Below, one piece after another: positions 36,071-50,849 of a stretch of DNA of 64,000 nt (position 1 is its first letter; every line of letters begins with the position of its first letter). The notes beneath the pieces were generated by a model. That model was given only the letters and a program-made list of their open reading frames with translations. It did not search any database and was not told the origin of the DNA. The position numbers were made by a program, and so were the translations under genes. The DNA is from Epiperipatus broadwayi (taxonomy: Eukaryota > Animalia > Onychophora). The stretch covers positions 14,136,001 through 14,200,000 of the forward strand of contig JAQFVV010000005.1 in NCBI GenBank assembly GCA_028023455.1. The letters run 5' to 3'.

Positions 36071-39000
36071 ATACATAAAGGATATATATTTTAACTTATA
36101 GCAGAAATATATATAAACTATAAGTGACCAATTAATTTAAAATACGATAGTTTTTCATTTACAGTGCCGTTACTAAAAAATAATAGATAATTTTTTTATA
36201 TATTAAATGCTTTTATTGACCGAGCATTAAAAATAAAAATAAAATTGTTTCTTTAAGCACAAGTGGGGTTTTTAGATTTAATTTGAAATACTATTAACTT
36301 CATGATTTTGAATATAAAAAGAAAATCTTTTGGCAATAAGATTTAATAGAAATTATGTTAATATTCAAAAATTAAACAATTTATAAATAGTTTACCAATA
36401 TTCGTATATGAAAGCACTTATTTATAATATAGTTTAAAATCACTATTATCATTTTAAACTATTATCAATCCACTATAGAATAAAGGTGTCTTTAAATTTA
36501 ATCCAATTTCTCTGTTCCAGTCCTTTTTTTCTCATAATACTGGTTAACTTTTTTATTTCATGATCCATCTCATGTGTGTTCTCTTTCTGTGACTTTTTCA
36601 ATCTCTTAGAATGTAATTTACAACCCAATTTCTTTTCAGTCTTTTAATCAATTGCTCATCAATGTATTTTGCTTTCAATTTCTTCTCATTATTTCCACTA
36701 TATAATCTCTTCTTCCTTTTTTATTTGACCTGAATTTTCCATTTTTTTTTTGTTAAATGTTAAAGTTTCAAATTCACAAGCAAGAACTTGAAAAATACAT
36801 TTATTAAAAACCATTTTCAAATAAATATGCACATTTCCTTTTGATATCAAGCTATTTCTATCAATTCTATAATTAATTTCATCCATTATGTTTATATTAA
36901 TTTTCTTTTGAGAAAATCTATTAAACATTATTTAATATTTATCTTTAATCTTACTTTATTTTCATCTGATAATTCTTGCAAAATTTTCTGATGCTCAATC
37001 TAGATGACTTAAATAGGATCTATGAATTTTTACTCCCTTAACTACCCATTTTAAACTATATAATTCATCTTGTAATTATAAAAAGTTTTGGAAATATGAA
37101 GTCACTCTGCTTACACTCATATCAATGTTAATCTTAGTGTTATCATATAATCTGATCACTGCTGTTCCATTTTGATAATTATTCTTCATATTATGATAAT
37201 ATCCTTGTTCTATATTATAGTAATTCAAAGCTTTATTCATTTTGAAAGTGCTATTAAATGCTTTTTCATAATTCTTTTCTATAACTTATCTCAATATTTA
37301 GATGTGATCGATTATGTTAAATCACTCTTAAAAACAACTTATGATTTGATTCCAAATTTGTATAATTATATTGATAACGATCTTTTATTGAAATTATAAA
37401 AAAGTAATGAAGTTAATAATTTGTAATTTCTTCATGACCTTTAAATATCAATATGGTACATCTTTATTAGTTAAACATTTAGTATAAAATTTTGCCAGCA
37501 GTTTTTCGATTTCTTTACTTTTAATATATGAATTTTAATTCCATCATTTTCTGGAACTTTTCTCTTTTTCCTACATTTACTTGCATCTTATCTCTTTATG
37601 AAAGACAGTAATTATATCACTAATAGTTTCTCGTTCTTTATTAGTATAAAATTCTTTATAGAACCTTCATATATTTTATCTATTCTTTATTGCTGAAACT
37701 ATTTCCTTTCAATATCAAGATGATGCTTTATTTTTTGAGACTTATTCTTTAATTTTCCTTGTCAATTCACAATTATCCTTTTTTATATCATTATTAATTC
37801 TTTACATCATTTCATAGAATTTCAGAGATTTAGTTATTAATGGATCATTTTAAAATATTTTCATATTCCTATCTTTGTTGCAGTTCTTAGTAGAGTATGT
37901 TATTTTCTTATTGATATTCGACAAGCTGGAATTATGTTTAAGTTTTTTCAGTTTGCATATGTTTCAGGTTTCTACAATATATATTTTATTTCTCACTATA
38001 AAACTACTCTTTTTTTCCAAGCATCCAAAGTCTATTGAAAATTTAAATATATATTAATTTTACTATATAGTTTTGCAAACATATATTTTCTCTTTAGTAT
38101 ATAAATCTGAAATATCCTTATTTTTATACATTATTAATTAAATCAATAAACTTTTTATCCTGCTTTATTAAATAATACTCGAACATTCTAATTTCATTTG
38201 CTTATTAAGCATTTGGATATTGTAATAATCAAACAATAATTTAAAGTACTGATTACCCCAGCCCTATATTCAATGATTTCTTTTACCTCTTCTCTTAACA
38301 ATTCAATATCTTTTTAAAGATCAAAATAACTTTGAAAAACTCATTCTTTCATCATTTAAAAAAATGATAATACTGAGAATTTAATAAAAATTATGTATGA
38401 AAATTGTTTAAGGGCCAGATGAGAACAGCCTAATGATTATTCAGTGAAATATATGTACAGTAACATAGATTTTATATTTTAAAGTTTTCCATACCTACTA
38501 TTTGCAAAATGAATGGTTGATATTTATAATTTTATTTTTCACAAGATTACACAAACTGCTTAAAAAACTAGGATTCATATCAAGTAGTGATTAGATATTT
38601 AAGATATTTTGTATTTACATTCTGTAACAATATTAATATACCCTTCTGTATTTCAAACTTTTACATCTTTCACCTAATGGAAATTAGTTGATTTATTAAA
38701 ACTATAAATTTACAAACAAAAATATCCCTAATAAGACCTACTTGAACTTTCCAAATAGAAAAAAAATAAAATAAAATTGACACAAAGTTAAATATGTAAT
38801 GAGAAGTTAATGAAATCATTGTTGAATGAAATTTCATTTTTTAAATGTAAATGAATAATTATAAAGCTATGAAATTTTGCTTTAAAATTTATGGTGTTTG
38901 ACTGAGCATAAAAATCATAGTTTTCATTTTATGATTATTTTAAATTCCTTAATTTATTTTAAAAATGAAATATATTTCAAAACAATCTAAACATAAACAT

Positions 39001-40569
39001 GAATACATTTATTATTTAATAATTTCTATACAAATATTTTGTAAAAATAATTACAAATACTTAAATAAAATAAGAAATTATTGCTTTTTGCTCATTGTTA
39101 ACAACAATCAAAGAGATCTTAACTTTGTATGCCCAGGATCAAAGAATCTACCAATCAGTGATCTAGGTTTTTATCAGCTCATCTGTGGTTTTTCTCTGTA
39201 GACTACTGACATCCTCAATATTTTTTAAATGAATAAATCAATACTTACTTCATTTCCAATTGTTACTATTAAATGAATGTAAAAACAGCAAAATAGTGCT
39301 AAACATAGCTTCAAAACATGAAGTATAAATATTCAGAATCAGGAGGTAATTTTACACATAAAAATAAACATTTTAAATCATAATTTAATAGATACTACTT
39401 AATGACAAAAATCTTTTGACTGATTTTGTAGTTTAATCACACTACAATCTTTCTAGAACTAAAATTCATCAATTATTGTTAATATGTTGTACGCAAGGTG
39501 TGTGGACATATGCAATATAGTTATTATTTGTAAGCATTGTTGTTATCTGCATTACAAGGCTCTAGGAAATTCAGCATAATCTTCAAGTTCATTTTCTTTT
39601 ATTTTACAAAAATAAAAAATGAACCATATCAGAAATAAAATACACAATAAACTAAAGTCCTGTACTTGATGAAATGCTATTTTTGACAAGAGTTTACAAG
39701 TTGTCATCTGGCAACAGAAAAGGGCAGACAGCAAAAAATACTTATTGCAAATGGTTTAAATAACTATGATATAAAATGGGAGTTTGGGGAATTATGGATC
39801 TGGGAAGAAATATTTATAAACAGTTAATTCCAGAGCAAAAAAAAAATAAACAGATTAATTAATGAGAAAAAGAAAATACATAATAATGCTGGATGGAGAT
39901 TTCATTGTAATATATTTTAAATATTTACAACACTTAATAAAAAGTGAATAAAGTTATCAGCTCTTTGCAATTAAGTTTATTAATTTTCTTTTTCTTTGTT
40001 CAATGTGTGTCCATTCCAAAATTAAATAAGAAATGCATGCAAAGATAAGGCTACCGAGTAGAATTTTTTTTTTTTTTTAACAATATTTAATCCTTAAAAG
40101 CACATGAAAAATATACACACTAATCTCCAGTGCTGTTAAAATCATTAATGAAAAATTAGAATTATCTAACTATATTTATCACTTCTTTGAAAATATATAC
40201 TGGCATCTGATTTCCAAAATTCAAAGACTAGCATAATATATTAGCAGACGAATAATTATCTATAATATATAATGACTTTTTTTTATTATTACACTAAAGT
40301 CAATGTTTGTTTTATAAAATAATAAATAATTCTGAATAGAAACTTTTGAATACAAGTTTATTTATTGCAACATAATGATTGATAATTGTTTTTACTGTGA
40401 ATATAAATTAAAAATATATAATTTACTTTAAACATACCGAATATTTGTGTTCATTAAAAAATTATTTACTCGGGATTATAATTATTAACTCTTCTGCTTA
40501 TTTTTAACTCCTGTCTGATTTAATTTAAAATTAGATCCTTAAGTTCATTTTAGTCTTTCAGATAAATTC

Positions 40570-42840
40570 TAATCATTATTGCATATTATGTTTCACTAGA
40601 CTATCTTTAAAGACAGTTTTATAAGCACACAAATTGCAATGGAAAATGTCTTCATTTATATATTTTTTTCATATCTTTGTAAAAAAGCTTTTTAAGCAGT
40701 CTTAAAATTACATAAACTGCATTGAAAAGTTTTCATTCCAATATGATTTATTTTATGAAGCTTCAAATGACTTTTTATAGTTGTCTTCTAATTTCACAAA
40801 TTGCACTGAAAAGATTTTTCTTTTGTATATATTATTTCAAGCAGTCTTATTTGACATTTTAACAAAGCTTTAAAATCACAAAGTTCAATGAAAGGGTATT
40901 TCTCCTTTATGAGTTATTTCATGTAGCTTTACATGATTTTTTCCTGTCTTTAGCTCACTGGAAAAGGGTTTTTTTCTCCATGGGTTATTTCATGAAATTT
41001 TAAATAACTTTTTCGGGCTGTATTGAAATTAACATAAGGTCCACTAGAAACATTCTCCAGCATGAGTTCTGTCAAGTATATTCAAATTATCTTTCACATT
41101 TGTGTTACAACTGCACCAGCAGCACTGAAAAGCTTTTTCATGTGTGTTTATTTTCATGTATTTTTAATCTATTTTTTATAGCATTCTTGAAATCACATAT
41201 GGTGCACTGATAAGGTTTTTTTCCTATATGAGTTATTTCATGTAAATAACCTTTTCTTGCTGTTTGAAGTTACATATGCTACTTTGGAAAGGTTTTTCTC
41301 TGCTATGAATTCGTTCATGTATTTTATTTTAATTTTCCTCAGTAATGAAAGTTTATTCATTAAAAAAAAAAGATACAAATACAGTTAAATAAAAGATTTA
41401 AAAAGAATGGTAAAAATAAAATTCAGGAGCAAGTAATTTTAAATTACATTTTACAGTTGTATTGCAATTGCACTAGGTGCATTGATTCCTATGTGAGATT
41501 ATTTTCATGTCTTTTAAATTTATGTTTCATAGCAGTCTTGTCATTGCATAAGTGGCATTGGAAGGGTTTTTCTACAACACGATTCTTTTCATGTATTTTT
41601 AACCATTGTTTCCAAGCAGTCCTAGAATCACACAAACTACACTGGAAAGCTTTCTTTCCTTTATGATTCATTTCATATATATTTAACTTATATTTTGCAG
41701 CAGACTAATTATATAAGTTACACTGGTAAGGTTTGTTTCCAGTAAGAATTATTTCATGTAACTTTTAAGTAGTTTTTCTAGTTGTCTTAAAATCACACAA
41801 TGTGCAGTGGAAAGATTTTTTTTCCTATATGAATTATTTCATACACCTTTAAACTACCTTTTACACTAGTTTTGTAGCCCCATAAGGAACATTAATAAAG
41901 TTTTTATCCAGTATGAATTCTTTCATGTATTTTTAAGTAATATTTTCATGCAGTCTTGTAAATACACAAAGAAACTTTGAAAAAGTTTTTTTTCTGTATG
42001 GATTTAATCCAAGTAATTTAAAAATTTCTTTTCTGGTTGTCTTAAAATTACATAAAGTGCAATAGATTACTTTTTCTCTGTTATGAATTTTTTCATGTAA
42101 TAATAAAGAATGAATTTTTTTCCCAGTTGTTTTATAACTGCACCAGTTGCAATGAAAAGGCTTTTCTCTTGTTTGAATTCTTATATATATATATATATTT
42201 AACTTTTTTTTTTTAGTAGTCTTGTAATTACACAAGAAACAGACAAATGTTTTAGTCCCTGTATGAGTTATTTCATGTGACTTTAAAGTACTTCTAGCTG
42301 TTTTAAAATTACATAAGGTCCATTCAAAAGGTTTTTCTCCTGTATAAATTATTTCATGTATTTTTAAACTACATTTTACAATAGTTTTGTAATCACATTT
42401 GGAACACTAGAAAAAATTTTCTTCATTATATATTATGTCATGCATTTTTAACTGACTTCTTAGAAATGTTAGTATAATTGCACCAGATGCATTAAATAGG
42501 CTTTTCTTTTGAATGAGTGTTTTGATATTTTTTGCAGTTGTTCTGTAATTGTACAAGCTATTATGAAGCCCTTTTCCTGCTATAAGATTCGTTTCACTTT
42601 TCTTAACTGTTATTTTTTATTTGCCAACATTGAAATTGAAGATAATGCATTAAATGTTTTTTTCAGTATAAATTATTAAATATAAATTTAAATAACTGTT
42701 TACAAATGTATTGCAACTATGTTGAATAGGTTTTGCTCCAGAATGGCTTATTCATATGAATTTCCCAATTATTTTTAATTCTTGTAATAAAAAAATATGC
42801 TAGAAATGTTTTTTCTCCTGTATGAACTTTTCAATCTTTA
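40570..42840 (-). pseudogene. Inverted, heavily decayed C2H2 finger array (on the order of 25 fingers)
   Basis: Repeated minus-strand HTGEKPF/CxxC relics (ORF fragments 41489-41671, 41933-42235) with many stops and frameshifts. Upstream AAACCTGAATTTAAAATGG (~43528) matches the reverse complement of ~1845 in locus A. Confidence 0.88.
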
Positions 42841-44299
42841 TAATTGGCATAGAAAAGAATTAGTAAGATATTTCTTTCATTATTTTACGTTAAGGTCTTA
42901 AAACTTTTCCACCAATATAAAGCATTTTAAAAACATTAAAATAAGCAGAAATATATCACTCTATATGAATTTGTTTTAGTACTATAAAAGAAGTTTGCCC
43001 AGTCCTTTTCAATTCTACAAGAGGACTTGAAACAGTCAACAATTAGCAAGATTTAATCCTTACAAGATTCACAAGTATTGAATATTCTGCTAATCATAGG
43101 TGAAAACCTCTGAAACTGAAATTTTTCAGGCATCATTTCCTGCCAACCTAAACTAAAAGAAAATGAGCAATTAGTAAATCATTAACATTTCAGGCAAACT
43201 TTATCATATAATATTTACTTAATTGTAATTATTTCTTTATATATGCTTTAAAAATGTAAAGAAATATACAATTGAATTATATTAAGTTATTTTAAGATAA
43301 ACTTCACTATATTCAGCTACACATGAAACAGTTTTAAAGGCTTTTCTTTCATAAATGTTTTATCAAATATATATATATATATGAATTGTAAAAAATATCA
43401 AAAATATGTCATAAAAGTATATATATATTACATCATAAACAAAATGAAAATCAATGTAAATTTTTTTTCTTTCACAAATGAAAATATTAATAGATAAATA
43501 GTATCAATTTCATGCAAAATGAAATGTTAAACCTGAATTTAAAATGGATCAACTTATTGTCAGGGAAGTAGTTATTCCACAAAACATCACATGATCACCA
43601 TCTCGTGCTAGCACATAACTGTTAGCACAAGGTGGCGCTACTATATGGAGAGTTTTTGGAAGTAGTTATAGCAACTAAATCAGGCACCATTTAATAATTT
43701 ACATGGAGACTTTAGTATTAAATTTGTTTATTTGCATTAATATTACGACAACTAATATACTTTAAAAAGCATACACGTACGGCACTTACTCATGTTTTAA
43801 GTATATTACTCTCACAGAGCAGTGTGCTGAACTAAATCAGCCATCAATCAAACAAATTATCAAAATATTTTAAGTCACAGTTTTTAAATGGTGAAAATTG
43901 AATTAATTAAATATGGATGATTAAAATATTAAGAAAATTGTGATCAAAAATCAATACTTACTGGGGAAAAAGGCAAAAGATATCAGCCAAAACACAGCAG
44001 TACAATTACCTAACCAAAATGATTTACATTAATTTCTTCTAATTCATTGTTAATATCTCTTTTTAGCAATTATTTCTGTCATATTTTTTTTAGTTAAGGC
44101 AATTAATCAAATAGGTCTATGACATTGTTTAAAATCAGTTGGCTGTCTTCCAAAATTTATTCACATTATATAACTTCTACATAATGAAATAAAAGAAAAT
44201 GTTATTACTATAGACAAAAAAATCTGAATATTTATATTAAAACCAAAGTTAAGTAACGATGTGAAATTGCTTTAACAGTGTTTTTGATTTCTGTAACTA

Positions 44300-44800
44300 T
44301 GGTCTTTGGAATTGTTTATAGATGGTTTAATGAATCCCAGATTAAAATACATAGGTTTAATGTTGATGAATTTGTGTCAATTCAAAAGACAATTTTCATA
44401 CCATAGTTGATATTTTGAATGGCAACATATAGATATTAGTTAGTAAATTAATATTCAAAAATTCAAATGCTATATCAACTAACAATGGAAGAAAAATCTT
44501 CAGCAACTTTTAGCATCAATAGTTACTAATTATATCTTTTAAGTAGAAAAATGGACACAAATGTTGAAATGAAGGACAAACTCCATTATGTTGCTATTGT
44601 TAATAGGTATTTCATTACAGTGAAATAACTACTGCTACTAAATTAACTATATAAAGAGTTATTTTACCTAAAGTATTGTATGAAAATGAGACTTGGAGAA
44701 GCTATTGATTTAATAAAAGCATTAGTTTCATTTAAGGATCCTCAAAATCTTAAATATATGATGATATGATAATAAAAACTTTCAACTATCTGGATAAATA
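44300..44800 (+). mobile_element. Possible hAT transposase core remnant
   Basis: Relic ...MRLGEAIDLIKALVSFKD...; very degenerate. Confidence 0.3.
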
Positions 44801-46836
44801 TTATAAAGTCCACTATTGTAAAAACCCATCTTTGTTAAATGACATATAAAACAAATGAACAATGTAAGGCTTTTTAACAGTGTTTTATGGTGAACATGGA
44901 TCTAATGGGAGAGTTAGATCCCATTTACATTATAAAGATTATCTCAAAGATATTAGCCATTTTTAATTAATTGCAGATAATTACTCCATGTGGCTGGGAA
45001 TGATTGACCTCTTCTTTTCATGCCTCAGTACCTAATGAAGCAGTTATGCACCCACTGTCTTCCTAGACTTTAATGTTTCAGATAATGGCATGATCTTCAC
45101 TTACAATTACACCAATTCATCAAAAACTATATCTGATACTTGCTCTCACTGTTATTTCACCCCAAGAAAAGATTATTCAGAAAGGTGAAAAATCAGATAA
45201 AAATTGGAACATCCTTCTAGCTAAAAAAATTGAAGAAAACTGAAATATGCATCTGACTAGAATACTGTAAGTAAAGTACTTGGTACTAGAAATTACCTAT
45301 GGCAATTTCCAGTGAGGACTAAGTTTACAATTCTTAGATCTTAACCATTAAAGTATTCATAATAGAAAATTAATTCAGTCATTTCCAGCTTGATACCAAA
45401 AGTTATTAACAAATAAATGGAAAACAGCAATTGTAATCAAAAAATAAACATCATTGCCAATAGCAAACAACTGCAACTAAACTACAAATAGCCTATCAGA
45501 GATCCAATACAGCAAAGACAAATGGTTAATCCAGACCTGTACATTGACTATAATCTTTTAGCAACTTATGCAAAAAAAATCATAATCAACAATACAAAAA
45601 GAAAGAAATGCAAGCAAGCCAGCAATTTACCCAGCAATGAAGGTAACAAATCATCTAAACATCAAACATGATTGCATAATTAAATGGTGATGGCTGAAGA
45701 ATTTCCAAGTACATTCAGCACACATGTCTGAAAAATCACTAATCAATTTTCTAGGCGTAGATTAAGGAGATTAAACACCCAATCAATGACAAAGAATGGT
45801 TAACCTGCCCAATGCAAGCTGCTCAATGACAAAGCATGCAAGGATTACTTTGTGATTAGAGACCTGCAAATAAGTAAGTGCATCGCTTGAACAAGAGTGC
45901 TTCAATCACTTAGGCTGGTAGGCAAAAAACATATTACAGTATGCACTAGCTATTTCTGAACTTTTTTTTTGCATTTAATTTATATAGATCATTAAAAGTT
46001 ACTTTACTCTTAAAAATTGTTTTGACATTAACTTTGTATTTAGAACTACTATCCATAAAATATTATTTAAATATGAAAGTAGATTATGAAAAATAGGTAA
46101 ATTGTTACAAAACCACAAATAACATTCTGCTGACTATTCACCATGGGGCAAAAAATTATATTAACAAATAACATTTAAATGATATCAATTTAAAATATTT
46201 AAATGTAATTTTGTAGTAGTATTGTGGTCACATTTTATGCACACCCTCAATAATGGATGTATCTATACTATTAGAGCTCTCTAAATCAAATTAACAATAT
46301 AATACAACTGTCCAATGAATCAATAATAATATAAATAAAATAACTAATGGCACAACAAATCAATCAAATAACCACTTCATATTAAATCCAATTGTTCAAA
46401 GTAAGGTAGGGGAATTGAATACAGAACTGAGATCCATTTGAAAAATAAAGACAAGATTACTAAATTATATTTAAATATTCACTATTTGCTTAAAATCCAT
46501 CAGGCATGATCATGTTCTGAAAGAAAAATTGCTAATAGCAATGTCTAATTTTTCACAATCCAAGTCAATGTAGCTAGAAGTGCTAGATTTATTAAAAGAT
46601 ATAGCATTCCTCCACCCTGCTGATTATTATTGTCACTAATTATCCATTACTAATTTCACCAACAGTAAAAGCACAGTTTTTTTAACTGCTATAAATATAT
46701 TATTACTATAAAAAGTTGCAACATATGTTTTAACATTACTTTCATCTCATTTACATACTAATTGTAAAACATTTTCCAGCAACAAATGTTGCCTAATACT
46801 ATACTACTAATTATAAATAAAATAGAAATTCATATA

Positions 46837-46947
46837 CAACACTAGCCAAAACAAAATTTTACTAAAATTCTTCATAACCATAGTTAATAGATCAAACCAT
46901 GATTGTGGAAAAATTTTAGTAAAATTTCATTGTTTTGGCTGGTATTG
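46837..46947. mobile_element. ~110-bp hairpin MITE with TA flanks
   Basis: CAACACTAGCCAAAACAAAATTTTACTAAAATT... / ...AATTTTAGTAAAATTTCATTGTTTTGGCTGGTATTG. Confidence 0.6.
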
Positions 46948-48113
46948 TAATGTTATATAAATTTTGATTTTAAATATATATTATAACAGTTTCTGTTATA
47001 TGGCACACAATAACAGTGCGTGTGCACAAATATATATAAAGTTGAAAGGAAAAGTAGAAATAAACACAGACAAAAATTTTGTAGATATTTTTCTACCTTC
47101 CTGGAATAATAAGTAAAAGGTTAAATAATTCTGAATGTAAAATAAAATTTCATTATGAAATAAATAGTTAAAAAGTTCTAAATAAATATTAATATTGTAT
47201 TCTGATTATGAATTTAAAAACAAGCATGCTTTATTTTTGAAATCTTTTAATTAAGGCTTGTATAGATTTTACTATCTAGTTAAAAATCTTTTGTAGATTA
47301 TAAAATTCAAAAGGATTAAAGTTAAATGAAATCAACTTTTTCCAATCATACTGTTGATAAAACTTTAAACTTATTTTCAAAAGGATTACAAAGATAAAAA
47401 CAGTTTTTAAATTAGTGTTTTTGTTACCTCAGCAATCTGAGTTATAAAAGGCTGGATGAAAAAATTAGTTGTTTTTTGGCTAGTAAAATTTTTGTGAAGT
47501 AGTTAGCTGCAGTTAGTTGGTAGCTATTCCCATGAAGATCTAAAGGACAATGAAGCAGCTGCTCTACTTCGCAATAGTGGAGTTTGAAGTCACTTTGAGG
47601 GAAAATGAGTCACTTTCCAGTATTAAAATTCATAGCTACAAATGTGTTCTGGAAAACAGCTTGCTGGCCTGAAATCCCAAAGCCTGGACAAAAAGAGAAA
47701 CCAACAGTTAGCTAATTATACATTTCCCAATAAGGACAATCCTGTACTATACCTATCTCACTAAGATTAGCTAGTTCACCAAGAGAAAACTTCTAGCTTG
47801 CCCAAAAACCATCAGCTTGCTGAAGAAGTAATTATATGTATGCTGATGTATCTGTATGCAGAGAAGCACAGATAAATGTATATACAAGGGTAACATATAT
47901 ATATATGTTTATATAATAATAATGAAATTTTAAATAATTTCTTTCCTAAAAATGACATTTTAACCTATAACTTAAAATAAAACAAGTAAATAATTTGCTT
48001 GAGTCAAATAAAAGAAATGATCAATTCATACATGATTTTACATATATATATATATGCAAAACCATAAAACAATACAATACTAGATTAAATTCAAAATTTT
48101 ACCAAAATCCTTA

Positions 48114-48156
48114 CACAACCATGGTTTCATCTACTACAAATAGACCTTCTCAAGTG
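48114..48156 (-). ncRNA. U3:A8 hammerhead ribozyme, PLE-A inverted arm
   Basis: Exact reverse complement of 48883-48925. Confidence 0.8.
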
Positions 48157-48403
48157 AAAATCAATCTAAAGGAAAACATATATATATACAAACAAACAAA
48201 CCTTCCCATAATTCATTTCAAACTCCACCTTCCCTTAATATCAAAAGAAGTCTTCATAAGATTGATAGCCTCAGAATCAAGTAGTTTTATCATCAAAGTC
48301 TCCTTTATTCTTCTTTTTAGCTCATTCTTTTCATAAAAAATAACCGAAGCATTGTCAAACAATATTCTATGACCTGTATTCAATTCATGAATATATTTAT
48401 AAT

Positions 48404-48826
48404 TTGGTTTATAGGAATAGTCATTTGTTAGGTGGAAAGAAGGTTGCATGGAGGAAAGGTTCTGATTTGAATTCATTACTTAATGGTTCAAAGCAGTCTA
48501 TTGATAGTAGGTCTATTCCTGGTCTTGTTTATAAAATTCTATGTAGTTGTGGTAAATTTTATGTAGGCCAGAGTAAATTTAGCCTTAATGAAAGGGTTAT
48601 GGTTCATATAAGTAGAGTTAAACATAGGTATCTTAACTCAGCTTTATATATTCATGAATTGAATACAGGTCATAGAATATTGTTTGACAATGCTTCGGTT
48701 ATTTTTTTTGAAAAGAATGAGTTAAAAAGAATAAAGGAGACTTTGATGATAAAACTCCTTGATTCTGAGGCTATCAATCTTATGAAGACTTCTTTTGATA
48801 TTAAGGGAAGGTGGAGTTTGAAATGA
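48404..48826 (+). pseudogene. PLE GIY-YIG endonuclease domain (5'-truncated)
   Basis: PGLVYKILCSCGKFYVGQS...ER...H...SALYIH...GH...FDN...KRIKETL...IN: GIY-YIG with CCHH, Penelope/Poseidon-type layout. Confidence 0.9.
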
Positions 48827-48882
48827 ATTATGGGAAGGTTTGTTTGTTTGTATATATATATGTTTTCCTTTGGGTTGATTTT

Positions 48883-48925
48883 CACTTGAGAAGGTCTATT
48901 TGTAGTAGATGAAACCATGGTTGTG
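48883..48925 (+). ncRNA. U3:A8 hammerhead ribozyme in the PLE-A 3' UTR
   Basis: CAC TTGAGAA GG-TCTA-TTTGTAG-TAGA-T GAAA CCATGG TT GTG; palindromic ACCATGGT stem III. Confidence 0.8.
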
Positions 48926-50849
48926 TAAGGATTTTGGTAAAATTTTGAATTTAATCTAGTATTGTATTGTTTTATGGTTTTGCATTTTTATTTTTGCTAG
49001 TATAGTGTTAGACAGTTTTGGTTTTATATATATTAAAAAAATTTGTTTTAGTAATTCCTTAAAAATCACATTCTAAAAGTGAGATATATAGTATAGAATG
49101 ATATTGTTTAAAATCGTTTATTGAAAAAACAAAAAGGTATTTCAAAATTTATGTATTTAAATTTAAAGACATTATAAATAATCAGTCAACAGTATTTTAT
49201 TTTTATTTATTTATTTGTAAAAAGAAGAAAAAAAGAAATATTCCTGCTGGAGGATTTAACTTTTATCAGTGGTCAGGAAATTATTTTTTTAAGAAAAAAG
49301 AAATACTTTGATTGACTATAAAAAGCGAAATAAAGTATACACACGTATATGTGTGAATTTTATGTATATTTTCCAAATGGAATTGCGAAAATATTTTTTT
49401 AATACTTTCATTATTTTGATAAATTCAAATATGATAAAAATAAATTTCATTTATATGTTGGTTAATTAGATAAATATATTTTATGAAAACCCATTGCGGT
49501 ATTTTACCTCATTTAAAAGTGACAACTAAAAATGTTTATTTTGTAACAAGTCAAATATATTCAGAAATTACATGCATGCACATGTATGTATGTATATATA
49601 TAAATGCTTGTCAAGTATAATGTGGAAGTTTTAATCATTTTTTTATTATTAAATGTCAATTCAAATATGTATTCATTGTATATTATAAATGTGCATCTGT
49701 GTGCATATTGATATATGTATTGTATGGAAACCTCTCAAGAATTATTGTAATCAATGTAGTAACTTGAATTTTGGATTAATTATGTAAATCACAAGGTGAT
49801 AGTTTTTTTTAATTGTATATTACTTAAAATCAGAAGACTTAATAGATATGTGTATGGCCTTATTTTAGAGACCTTAATTTTATTTTTATTATTATTAATA
49901 AACTTGTATTTCATTATAGAAATTATTCCAGTGACATAATTCTAAATGGTTTTTAGATTATATTATGTAATGTATCATCATCTTGATCACTGTAACATAA
50001 TAGAGCTCATGTTCTCTGAGCTAGATTTGAGCATAACAGTCTGATATATGAAAGGGGATGTATATTAGTGTTTATGGGCATCCAGTGATGATGATGCTCA
50101 CATCAATTGTCATCATCATCCTGGTTGGTGTAAAGAAAATATTCTTTAAAGCCCATGCACTAGATTTTATTTTAGTATTATTAGAATTTAAATTTATAGT
50201 TGGCCAGTATACTAATGGTACTAAGTGGCCAGAGCATTGATGATGATCAGCATGTTTTAATATCCTAGTATTATGATTTTTATGGTTGTATATTCTAATT
50301 GATTAGGGCCTAGTTGGTGCATCCAAATTATGTTTAAATAATTGCCCCAAGTTGGCAAAGGCTAAATAGTTAGCCTAGTCTACAGTAGATCCATTTCAAA
50401 TCCAGTCACCAGATGGATTATTCATTTATTGTATTGATGTATTTTTATAAATCATTCATGATGATGAATGGCTGTTTTGAATATTACTTACTTATTGATA
50501 AATGCTGAATTTGGATAATTATGCTTATAGTTGCTCTAAGGAGTTAATTGTGTTGATCTCTCAGAGTGATCTATCTTCCTCATCCTTTTGACATTAAATT
50601 TTATATTTTTTTCCCTTGAGGATAACCAAACAATTCCTCAAATACCTGATGGTTTAAACCCTCAATTTCCTTGTATTGTCACAATATAGATGGAACAGAA
50701 ATAATGTAATAAGATAGAATCCACCTATTTGGATTGATTAAATGTTTGTCACCATTTAAGGAGTTGACAGAAATTAACATTATTAGTATTAGCATTTTAA
50801 AAAAAAAGATAACCAAATACTGTGACTAAAAAAAACAAACAAACTCAAA

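Larger units (their letters stand above)
28382..37941 (+). repeat. Segmental duplication, copy B (may begin further upstream)
   Basis: Collinear with 1-12198. Lacks the 5965-6684 and 6905-8159 insertions and one family-3 unit. Confidence 0.95.
48054..48985. mobile_element. Penelope-like element A: 5'-truncated copy plus inverted 3' fragment (tails outward)
   Basis: 48054-~48396 is the reverse complement of ~48645-48985; GIY-YIG coding; one HHR in each arm. Confidence 0.92.

Noticed and set aside
48037-49032. TSD for PLE-A (TTTTAYATATAT)
   Set aside because: It lies in (TA)n microsatellite with a mismatch and cannot be distinguished from chance.
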